A stretch of 64,000 bases of DNA from Candidatus Thorarchaeota archaeon (lineage in GTDB: Archaea > Asgardarchaeota > Thorarchaeia > Thorarchaeales > Thorarchaeaceae): contig JAGSHN010000020.1 of NCBI GenBank assembly GCA_029855935.1, positions 1 to 64,000 on the forward strand, written 5' to 3'. The translations under genes were made by a program, and so were the position numbers. Positions 18,481-27,345 of the stretch are shown here, one piece after another (position 1 is the stretch's first letter; each line of letters opens with the position of its first letter). The notes below the pieces were generated by a model. That model was not told the origin of the DNA. It ran no database searches and saw nothing but the letters and a program-made list of their open reading frames with translations.

Positions 18481-21078
18481 ATGGTGATCGCAGTGAGGGA
18501 TTCGAAACAGTTGAAACTGGCATTTGTACTACTATTTCTCACGCTGTTGACTGCGGGCACCGCGTTGACATCAGGGCCAGCGATGCACGCTCGCACGGGC
18601 GCGAGCTCCTCACTGGACACGCGCGTCACGCCTGCAGATCATATGAGCTACACAGTGTACAGAACCAACGTCAGTGGCTATGATTACGACGACCGAATAA
18701 TGGACGCCGCCTCAGCATACTCGGAGTTCGGCCCTGAGGCCTACGTCTATATCGTGGGCTATGTGTCCGAGACCCCAACTGCTCTATCCACAGACATCTA
18801 CGTGGCGAAGGTCAACGTGAGCGGCAATGTCGTCTGGGAGAGGCAGTGGGGCCTGCCGGGCGAAGCGGAATTTGGCTACGGGATAACCATTGACTTCAAT
18901 CTTGGTAGAATCTGGGTGGTTGGCGGCCGGGGAAGCACATCTGTTGGGAGTATGGTGCTGCTGAGCTACGACAAGGACGGCAACCTCATTCTGAGCAAGA
19001 CAATCACAAATGGTGACGGAAAGGGTCTCGTGGGCTACTCCGTGTTCTCTGACAACTGCTGGAACTCAGTACAGGGAATCTACGTGGTGGGCAAGCGATG
19101 CGAGGGTTCAGCCACAAACTACTCGATCGCGCTCTTCAAGTTCCGCGCGTCAGACGGAGTGGAACTTTGGAACAGGACGTTCTGGTATGACTCGGCTGAT
19201 GCTGCTGGCAAGGGTGTCGTTGCATCAGCGGGCTCGTCGACAAAGTCTGTCATCACTGTCGGCGGCTACGTGACAAACGCCACTACCCACGACAAGAATG
19301 CGATCCTCCTCAGATACGATCAGAATGGTAACCTGCTCTGGAACAGGATATGGGGCGACCCGAACGACGACGAGATTGTCGAGGGACTGGCGCATGAGAG
19401 CTACTTCTCAGACTCCTACCTCTATGGATGCGGTGTCGATGGAGGCCACGGTGCCCTATGGAAGTTCAACAATGGCACGGGCACTGTATACACGATGAGG
19501 ACGCGTGCCGATACGTCGCACCTCTATGACATACACACCCTGAAGCACGACGTGAATGGGACCTACACATCCTTCATCTACACTGTCGGAACGGTTCAGA
19601 ACAGTGGCCAAGATGACATCCTGTTCTGGAAGATGGCTGTGTCTGACCTGACAGACGATGGAGAGCTCGTCTGGGACTCCGGGTACACCGACTGGGGGTA
19701 TGGCGTCGGTGTCGCCAGGTCCTCCACGTCTGAGGAGCTGTTTGTCCTCCTCGCAGGGACATCTGTTGACAACATGGGCCAGGCGCCTATGTATCAGTTT
19801 GCAAGAGTGGTTGCGTCTCAGGACTATGACAGCGACGGTCTCTCCAATGCTCTTGAGAATGAGATCGGGACGGCATACAACGATGCCGACACCGACGACG
19901 ATGGTATGCCCGACGGGTGGGAGTACTCGTACGGCCTGGACCCGCGAGTCAAGAATGCGGGTGGCGACCCCGATAGTGATGGCCTCATCAACCTCTACGA
20001 GTACGGAAACGGCACAATACCCACCGACAGCGACACCGAGGACGACGGGATGCCTGACGGCTGGGAGGTCACGTACGGCCTTGACCCTCTCAGTGATGAT
20101 GCGATGGCAGACCTCGACTCAGACCAGCTCAAGAATATCTACGAGTACGGAAACGGAACTCTGCCCAACAACAATGACACAGACTCCGACAGAATGCCCG
20201 ATGGGTACGAGGTCTTCCACCATCTCAACCCGCTGTCAAACGACACGGGTGGCGACTACGATAGTGACGGCGCGACGAACTACCAAGAGTACCTCATAGG
20301 AACGCTGCCAGACGACAGTGACACGGACAACGACCTGATGCCAGACGGCTGGGAGATTGCAAACTCGACTGATCCCTTGAACTACGATGCTGACGCGGAC
20401 CCTGACAACGACGGACTCACCAACCTCGGCGAATACCTGAACGGAACCCTGCCCAACAACAACGACACAGACTCTGACGGCCTCCCGGACGGCTACGAGA
20501 TACAGTACGGCCTCAACCCGCTGCACGATGATGCCAGCGGTGACCTCGACAACGATGGCCTCACCAACTATCAGGAGTATCAGGGTGGCACTGATCCGTC
20601 CGTCGACGATGTCGCTCCTGTGATTAACTCTGTGAACCGGGATCCCGCTGCGGTGGTGACAGATGCCGATGATGTTGTCATCTATGTGGACGCGTACGAC
20701 CACAACGGGATTCAACTCGTCTATGTGATGAGCAACTACACTGGTGAGTGGGTGAACTATACTGCCACGTATGACTCAGCCAGTGGCCTGTACACCTACA
20801 CGGTGCCTGCACAGACCGCAGGAGTGACCGTGGCCTACAGAGTCTTTGTGGAGGACCTCGGTGGCAACTGGGCAGCCACGTCGACCGTGACCTACACTGT
20901 GACACAGTCGACAACTTCGACAACCAGCACCACTCAGACGACTGGGACCACAACGACGTCAACGCCGGGACTGCCCGGCGGCCAGCTGCTGTCCGCAGAT
21001 CTGCTCATGGAGCTTGGGATAGTTGCGGTCGTCCTGGTGCTGATAGGCGTCATCATCAAGGCGAGAAGGCGCAGCTAA
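18481..21078 (+). CDS. Surface protein: beta-propeller-like N-terminal domain, Ca-binding TSP3-like (DxDxDG) repeats, Ig-like domain, Thr linker, C-terminal TM anchor
   Basis: Signal peptide; W-x-R-x-W-G propeller blades; DSDGL...DTDxDGMPDGWE repeats; TM helix plus KARRRS. Confidence 0.85.
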   Translation: MVIAVRDSKQLKLAFVLLFLTLLTAGTALTSGPAMHARTGASSSLDTRVTPADHMSYTVYRTNVSGYDYDDRIMDAASAYSEFGPEAYVYIVGYVSETPTALSTDIYVAKVNVSGNVVWERQWGLPGEAEFGYGITIDFNLGRIWVVGGRGSTSVGSMVLLSYDKDGNLILSKTITNGDGKGLVGYSVFSDNCWNSVQGIYVVGKRCEGSATNYSIALFKFRASDGVELWNRTFWYDSADAAGKGVVASAGSSTKSVITVGGYVTNATTHDKNAILLRYDQNGNLLWNRIWGDPNDDEIVEGLAHESYFSDSYLYGCGVDGGHGALWKFNNGTGTVYTMRTRADTSHLYDIHTLKHDVNGTYTSFIYTVGTVQNSGQDDILFWKMAVSDLTDDGELVWDSGYTDWGYGVGVARSSTSEELFVLLAGTSVDNMGQAPMYQFARVVASQDYDSDGLSNALENEIGTAYNDADTDDDGMPDGWEYSYGLDPRVKNAGGDPDSDGLINLYEYGNGTIPTDSDTEDDGMPDGWEVTYGLDPLSDDAMADLDSDQLKNIYEYGNGTLPNNNDTDSDRMPDGYEVFHHLNPLSNDTGGDYDSDGATNYQEYLIGTLPDDSDTDNDLMPDGWEIANSTDPLNYDADADPDNDGLTNLGEYLNGTLPNNNDTDSDGLPDGYEIQYGLNPLHDDASGDLDNDGLTNYQEYQGGTDPSVDDVAPVINSVNRDPAAVVTDADDVVIYVDAYDHNGIQLVYVMSNYTGEWVNYTATYDSASGLYTYTVPAQTAGVTVAYRVFVEDLGGNWAATSTVTYTVTQSTTSTTSTTQTTGTTTTSTPGLPGGQLLSADLLMELGIVAVVLVLIGVIIKARRRS
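19825..20610 (+). repeat. About 5.5 copies of a 48-aa (144-bp) Asp-rich TSP3-like unit
   Basis: Consensus DxDGLTNxxEYxNGTLPxxxDTDxDGMPDGWExxYGLDPLxxDAxxDx. Confidence 0.9.
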
Positions 21079-21429
21079 GAGACACATATCAGGACAATGA
21101 TGAGTGGGCAGGTCGATCTCCTGCCCATTCCGCTCTCTCTTTTTCGGGTCGATGATATGATGCTTCGCTCAGCAGACCCGCCGTCACCTCTGTGAGCGGA
21201 TAGAGCGTTCGACCAATCGCACAACTCCCCTGCACAGCACATGCAGCCTCGACAGTCCAGGTGACAACATCCGGCCACTAGCTCGTCGGCAACGAGTGAA
21301 CCTAATAAGAGGCGGGAGGCCCCAGATACCGAGTAAGAGGTGCGCCTTGTGACCACGGATGATGACCACTCAGACAACGTACTTCGTTCGGCACTGTCAA
21401 GGAGACTCAGGAGCACTAGCGTTCAGCTG

Positions 21430-23274
21430 ATGGCTGGTGCTCAGCGGCAGGTCACAGACTACCTCAGCCGTTTCGAGAACCTGACCGGAGCCTATGAACG
21501 GTGCCTGAGGCGCCTTATCCGGCAGTATCCGGACAGACGAGCTGACCCTGAGTTTGTCGAGTCATTCTTTGGCACGCGCACCTTGAGGTTTGCTGGCATA
21601 GACGGCACAATGGCCCCAAAGCCGATGTACGACCTGCTGATCTTCTTCGCCGGTGCCTACGCGTCCGAGGGGACCGTCGAGGTCGCGGGCGAGGACGAGA
21701 TGGTTGTCAGATACGATGAGAAGTACGTCAACAAGGGCATTGGGGTCTCGGCTGTACTGCCGGTCTTCATCAACGAGGTGCGGGAGATAGACCAGACAAT
21801 CCTTGAGCGCGATGAGAACGGAGAGATCGACATCACCGTCACGCACACGGACGACTGGATTGTCGACAACTCTGCCTTTGCAGACTATATGATGGGGCTG
21901 GCTGAGTTCTACCTCGCATTCAGGCTGTCCGAGAGAAACGAGTATCCCCACATCCTGCTCATGGACAGAACACTGTCCGCAGAGCTCTCCTCGTTCCACG
22001 GCGAGACAGCGCCGGAGAGGGTGAACCTCGACCGCGAGTCCGGACTGATCGGTGCAGATGCTGGCGGTCGTCCTCTGACAAAGACGGACTGGGTGTACGC
22101 AAGACGCCTCTTTGGCAATCCCGACCTTGGTACCCCACCTGCGCGGGGTGAGTACCTGCTACCACGGATAGTCTCTGAGCTCCTCTCGTCCGGTCCAATG
22201 ACGAGAGAGGAGATAATGACGGCCCTTGATCTTCAGGGCCCGGGTTGGGAGAAGCGTGTTGACAAGGTGCTCAAGGATGCAATACGAAAGAACCGCGACA
22301 TCGGGCCAGTCCTGAAGAGGAGAGGTGAGAGGTACGAGGCGATCCCTCAGCTTCGGGGACTTGAGGACAGAATCCGCGCTCTCGTTGATGATGTCTGCGG
22401 CAGGATCTTCTCTGAGGACGAGTCAATACTCTATGACCGGCGCTTCAAGATCGACGGCCGATGGCTCACCACGGTCGACCTCGCCTTTCTGAGCCTGATG
22501 TCACTCAGCCTCACGATTCAGAACTGCTGGAGGAAGCACATCCTGCTCGTTGGTGTGGCGAAGGACTCCTCTGCGAGAGACTTCAAGCGCCAGCTTGTAC
22601 CGACGCTCGCCCACGTCGGGCGACTCACGGAGACCCTAGGGGCCACGGATGAACTCCCCGACAGTGACAGGATGCTGTTTCAATGGATGTCCCTTCGCGA
22701 ACACGCGAGGCTGAAGGTGCCGTGGGCCACCATTGAGTACGACACAGCCTTCAAGACGATATTCCCGCACAAGGATGGAGAGGACGGTCTTGTCTCCGGA
22801 GCGCGGAGGAACCAGATCTCCCTCAACAAGACGTTCGTGAAGGCATATTTCCAGCTGGGCGAAGGGGAGCGTGATCCTGCGCTCAGGAGTAACGTGATGG
22901 TCTACGACAGGCTGGTCTATCCGGGGTTTGACGACGGCGAGGAGCAGACGCTCATCCTCACCCACGACTACGGCACCACGCACGAGCCGGTCAAAGTCGT
23001 CTGCTACTGCGACGCTGACAGCAAGTTTCAGCAGCTGATAATGGCGCTCTTCTCAAGGATGACAAAGAAGAGTGTCCCAGAGCTGTTTGGTCACATCAAG
23101 CCACTATTCATAGCTGACAAGGTCGCGAAGTACTACTACAAGCAGTTCTCGAGACTGATGAATAGTACGCAGACATGGATCGCGACACGGCCGGAGCTCC
23201 GCAAGCTCTTTTTCTACCTGACCACATTCAGAGAGAGGAGGTCGGAGATTGAGTCTACCAGAAGGAGTGCCTGA
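21430..23274 (+). CDS. nurA: NurA-family nuclease with an inserted wHTH-like domain
   Basis: FAGIDGT, LLMDRT, VGVAKDS and GHIKPLFIADKVAK motifs. The gene overlaps the downstream HerA gene. Confidence 0.75.
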   Translation: MAGAQRQVTDYLSRFENLTGAYERCLRRLIRQYPDRRADPEFVESFFGTRTLRFAGIDGTMAPKPMYDLLIFFAGAYASEGTVEVAGEDEMVVRYDEKYVNKGIGVSAVLPVFINEVREIDQTILERDENGEIDITVTHTDDWIVDNSAFADYMMGLAEFYLAFRLSERNEYPHILLMDRTLSAELSSFHGETAPERVNLDRESGLIGADAGGRPLTKTDWVYARRLFGNPDLGTPPARGEYLLPRIVSELLSSGPMTREEIMTALDLQGPGWEKRVDKVLKDAIRKNRDIGPVLKRRGERYEAIPQLRGLEDRIRALVDDVCGRIFSEDESILYDRRFKIDGRWLTTVDLAFLSLMSLSLTIQNCWRKHILLVGVAKDSSARDFKRQLVPTLAHVGRLTETLGATDELPDSDRMLFQWMSLREHARLKVPWATIEYDTAFKTIFPHKDGEDGLVSGARRNQISLNKTFVKAYFQLGEGERDPALRSNVMVYDRLVYPGFDDGEEQTLILTHDYGTTHEPVKVVCYCDADSKFQQLIMALFSRMTKKSVPELFGHIKPLFIADKVAKYYYKQFSRLMNSTQTWIATRPELRKLFFYLTTFRERRSEIESTRRSA

Positions 23275-25114
23275 GGAACTGTTCACGGACTTTGAGGGAC
23301 GATTCAGAGGAATCCTCGCTGCAGTGAGGTATGTGCCCGCCACCTACACCTCGGAGTGGTCCGGCACGGCAGCAAAGTACGAGTGTGACATTCGAGTGGA
23401 GTACGACCTCGATCTGCTGGCCGAGCTTGAGGAGGGGATGATGCTGGCTGTGGAGAATTTCAGAAGCTCCTCAAGACGGAGCCGCGCTGAGGGCATCAGA
23501 CGCTTCACGGTGATGGTGGTGACAAGGGTCATCCCGCGTCACTACGGACTGAGCGGTGTCGGCAGGAGCGACCTGTATTCTCTCCAGTTTGAAGTCATCG
23601 GCGATGCCGTCAATGACTGGGCGAGTGACGATAAGTCCGTACTGATGATCGAGTTGAGGGCCGTGCCGATCAACTACGACCTGATCATCGACAGCGAGGG
23701 CAAGTTCTACTTCAGGAAGGGCTTCTCGCATCCAAAGCCTGGGGCGGACGTGTACGTTCTCAGTGTCAACACCATCGACGACATCTACAACGGCCGGGTC
23801 AGAGAGGCAATGGGCGTGGAGAGCGGAGCAGGCTCAGCCGATCCGCGTGAGAGTCCGAGAGTCGGTCTTCTGAGGATGTTTCAGGAGTCGGGCGCCGAGG
23901 TTCCAATCTATGTCGACCTTGAGAAGCTGGTACGATACCACTTTGGCGTCTTCTCGTTCACGGGCGGCGGGAAGAGCAACCTTCTCGCAAATCTGTTCCG
24001 GAGGATTCTCTATCACACCGACGACACCAAGATTGTCATCTTCGACGTCAGCTGCGAGTACTCCTTCCTTCTGTGTGACGTCCTCACTGACGAGAGCATC
24101 CCGGCCAGCGTGATCCTTGAGGAGGAGGCGGAGACTGGTGAGGAGTTCGCCCGGTCAGTCGTCAAGCCTCGTGACTTCGAGGATGACCCGAGGGCCAACA
24201 GGGCGCTCAAGGAGGTCTTCGACCGAGGCATAGTCACGTTCTATCAGCCCCCCACCGAGAGGGTCCCGACCTACGGCGATGTTCTCTTTGACATAAGAGC
24301 ACTGAGCTCTGAGCTCACGTCGAGACCCCACTACATCGAGGCACTCGAGGCGATTAGGAGAGGGGTACAGACGTGGATGGAACAGAACAACAAGTCCGAG
24401 AGCAACCAGATAGATGAGGTCTTTGTGGAGGCTCTGTCCAAGATTGCCGCTAAGGCAATGGAGGACTACGGTGTGAGCGACCGATCGACCCTGTACGCGT
24501 GGGCAAAATCAAGGACCCATCTTGTGGACACCATCAGCCGGGCTCGGAATGTGCAACAGAACGGCATAACCGTCAGTGACATCCTGGGGATGCTGCACGG
24601 TGACACACGGCTCATCGTCATCTCGATCGCCGACCCTGATACGCTCCGCCAGATCGTCATTCATCTCACGTCTGCGATGCTGAAGTACAGGAAACGCAGC
24701 TTCGAGATCCGACCGTACATTCTGTTCGTCTTCGATGAGGCGCAGGAGTTCATCCCGAGCAAGGCCTCAGGTCTGCTGGATGAGTGCAGCAGGGCAGTGG
24801 AGCGTCTTCTGCGTCAGGGCAGAAAGTACGGCCTCGGCGGCGCCGTCGCCACACAGCGTATCGCCTATCTGAACACGAATGTTCTCCAGCAGCTGCACAC
24901 GTTCTTCGTCGGCACGCTACCACGGCCGTACGACAGGACCGTCGTGAGCAGCTCGTTCCAGATCGACCTGACGATTCTGGACAAGACGCTGGAGTTTCCA
25001 CCGGGGTCGTGGTTGCTCTCCAGCTACATTGCCACAGGAATAGACAATGTGCCAATCTTCGTGCGGGCCGACAACTCCGAGGATGTGCTGAGAGAGCATA
25101 TTGAGCGATTGTGA
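23249..25114 (+). CDS. herA: HerA/FtsK-family ATPase (DNA translocase)
   Basis: HAS-barrel-like N-terminus; HFGVFSFTGGGKSN (Walker A), IFDVSCEY, FVFDEAQEF (Walker B), RQGRKYG and ATQR. The start may be GTG 23267. Confidence 0.85.
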   Translation: MSLPEGVPEELFTDFEGRFRGILAAVRYVPATYTSEWSGTAAKYECDIRVEYDLDLLAELEEGMMLAVENFRSSSRRSRAEGIRRFTVMVVTRVIPRHYGLSGVGRSDLYSLQFEVIGDAVNDWASDDKSVLMIELRAVPINYDLIIDSEGKFYFRKGFSHPKPGADVYVLSVNTIDDIYNGRVREAMGVESGAGSADPRESPRVGLLRMFQESGAEVPIYVDLEKLVRYHFGVFSFTGGGKSNLLANLFRRILYHTDDTKIVIFDVSCEYSFLLCDVLTDESIPASVILEEEAETGEEFARSVVKPRDFEDDPRANRALKEVFDRGIVTFYQPPTERVPTYGDVLFDIRALSSELTSRPHYIEALEAIRRGVQTWMEQNNKSESNQIDEVFVEALSKIAAKAMEDYGVSDRSTLYAWAKSRTHLVDTISRARNVQQNGITVSDILGMLHGDTRLIVISIADPDTLRQIVIHLTSAMLKYRKRSFEIRPYILFVFDEAQEFIPSKASGLLDECSRAVERLLRQGRKYGLGGAVATQRIAYLNTNVLQQLHTFFVGTLPRPYDRTVVSSSFQIDLTILDKTLEFPPGSWLLSSYIATGIDNVPIFVRADNSEDVLREHIERL

Positions 25115-25229
25115 CATCACGAACAGACTGGCCGACGACGACAGTCATCAGTCTGCTAAGATTGTGGTCTGATTCCTCAGCCGGGTCTGGGCAGGCCTGA
25201 GCTGATGCACGCACTCAACTCACATCGAC

Positions 25230-27134
25230 TCACTGAGCGGCGCGTCTTTCCATCATGCGTTCGCGTACCGTGAGGACCGAACAGGCAATCGTCACACCGA
25301 CAGAGCAGACCGAAGCTACGAAAGACACGGGGTTCAGGCCGAGAATCCTCACTGGTTCATAGGTCGCATTGGTGTCTACCGTAGTGCTGAGTGTCGAGGT
25401 CTGAGGCTCGGAGGCATTCTGTTCCGAGTCTCTTGAGGCCAGTCGGAAATAGAGGGGGTTTCGTACCATCTCAAGATACTCGCCCTGAACGTACCCAGAG
25501 ATGTTGTAGGGTCCCGATGTCACCATTGATTCCTCTACTGGATTGGGATTCCACTCGGACCATCCCTCCACACCGAATTCCGTGACTACGTGGCTCGGCA
25601 GAATGGGGATATCTCCGACGGCATGCAGGTTCCAGTACGACTCGCTGTCGAACTCGACTACGACAGTGTACATGTCCTTGGTCCTGGCATAGGTCACTGA
25701 GGCGAGCCTAAACTGGTAGGGGTTGCCCTCAGCAAGTCTGTACGTGTTCAGCGAGATGGCCACGTCTATGGCTGTCAAAGGTGTCCCATCAGTCCACATG
25801 GCATTGTGGACCAGATGAAAGGTCAGTCTCGAATGATTCTCGGGCAGTCTCGGGTCGTCTGCGTGCGTCTCAAAAGCATAGTCTGTGGCAAGCCATAGTA
25901 CCTCCTCGCCTGTGCGATCTCTCTTGAGAAGGCTGTCGTAGAGACCACTCAGAATCTTGTGCGTTGTGTCCGAGGTTATTGTCATATGGTTGAATGAGTG
26001 AAAGTCCTCCGGGATGGCACAACGAAGAACGCCACCGAAGGGACCTCCTCTGTCCTCCCTCAGATGCACACCGAAGACTGTCCACCAGCACAGCGTGCCA
26101 TCAAAGACATCTGTCACGAATCCCTCGAATCGATCTGTCCGATGTGCATAGTAGTAGTCGTTCTCGTAACAGACGACTATGGGACATTCGTACGCAATGA
26201 TCTTCTGCATCTCAATGGCTGCCTCTCGCACCTCGTCGTAGTCAACAGAGTGGAGAAGCTGTTCTCTCCACGAGTCGTATGTGGCGTTCCTGAAGTTGGG
26301 ATAGTTGCAGTACGGCTCGTCGGCATATCCCGACCAGTACTCATACCCCAGCCAGTCGACATCTAGGTCAGAGAAGCTGGTATCTGTAAACAATATGTCG
26401 TAGTTCTTGTGATTGTAGTAGTTCCAGTGAAAGTCCCAATCGGCATAGACACCATTGTGGATGCCAAGAGAACTAAGAGCATCCGATACGAACTGGCAGA
26501 CTGACTCCGCTATCTCCGAGAAGGAACGCTTGATCTGCGTCCCGTTGAGCTCAACAGTCCCGGGTCCATCAGGGCCCGGCCCCTCCAGAAACCCGTCGTT
26601 GTCGGAGTCCACAAAGCCAGCATCAGCGAGCAACGCCCTCGCTGTATCCAAGTCCGAACTGTAGTAGTGATATGCAAGCTTGCTCTCGGCACAGAACGGA
26701 CTCGCCATTGGCACACAGCAATCGAGAGGTTCTGCGAAACCATCCCAGACCTCGCGCACTATCGCATTCTTGTCGAGTGCAAAGGCCAGCGCTCTCCGGA
26801 ACGCAGTGATGTTGTACGGGTACCTCTCCGTGTTGATTGACACATAGCCGTAGCCGTTCCACAGCGTTGATGACAGACTGATCCCCTCAGTTTCAAGCAG
26901 CATACCAACATCAGCGTTGTCAAGCTGAATGTCAATCAGGTCGACATCTCCATCCATCAATGCAAGTATCTGGTCATCATAGCTTGGAATGACCCTGTAC
27001 ACAATCCTGTCAACGTAGGCGCCAGTCCTGTTCATATACGAGGCCTGAGCACTGGTCGGTGGCGGCTGGGCGAAGAAGGTAGCAAGGACTATAACAAAGA
27101 GGACAACGTGTCCGCGTCGGCGCGCACCTCTCAT
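25230..27134 (-). CDS. Family 5 (peptide/nickel) ABC substrate-binding protein, circularly permuted, C-terminal TM anchor
   Basis: FRRALAFALDK, ARALLADAG, YDSLL, WTDGTPLTAIDVA and SGPY...RNP motifs. Confidence 0.9.
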   Translation of the reverse strand: MRGARRRGHVVLFVIVLATFFAQPPPTSAQASYMNRTGAYVDRIVYRVIPSYDDQILALMDGDVDLIDIQLDNADVGMLLETEGISLSSTLWNGYGYVSINTERYPYNITAFRRALAFALDKNAIVREVWDGFAEPLDCCVPMASPFCAESKLAYHYYSSDLDTARALLADAGFVDSDNDGFLEGPGPDGPGTVELNGTQIKRSFSEIAESVCQFVSDALSSLGIHNGVYADWDFHWNYYNHKNYDILFTDTSFSDLDVDWLGYEYWSGYADEPYCNYPNFRNATYDSWREQLLHSVDYDEVREAAIEMQKIIAYECPIVVCYENDYYYAHRTDRFEGFVTDVFDGTLCWWTVFGVHLREDRGGPFGGVLRCAIPEDFHSFNHMTITSDTTHKILSGLYDSLLKRDRTGEEVLWLATDYAFETHADDPRLPENHSRLTFHLVHNAMWTDGTPLTAIDVAISLNTYRLAEGNPYQFRLASVTYARTKDMYTVVVEFDSESYWNLHAVGDIPILPSHVVTEFGVEGWSEWNPNPVEESMVTSGPYNISGYVQGEYLEMVRNPLYFRLASRDSEQNASEPQTSTLSTTVDTNATYEPVRILGLNPVSFVASVCSVGVTIACSVLTVRERMMERRAAQ

Positions 27135-27150
27135 CCGTACACCCCTGTAC

Positions 27151-27185
27151 GCTGTCAGATATCGTGATACGTCGTATCTGACGGC
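27151..27185. promoter_or_regulatory. Inverted repeat directly upstream of the first SBP gene
   Basis: gctgtcagata-N13-tatctgacggc (10 of 11 bases complementary), 17 bp upstream of ATG 27134. Confidence 0.4.
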
Positions 27186-27345
27186 AACAGATAGTTAAGC
27201 ATTGATATGGGCCTTGGAGCACATTGTGGAGGACTAGTGAACCAACGATCGGCCAGTGGCGGCGACCATCTGTCTGCCGAGACCGTTCTCTGATTGCGCG
27301 GTGGAAGTTGGACGGGCCTCGGTGTACGTAATCAAACTGACCCAA

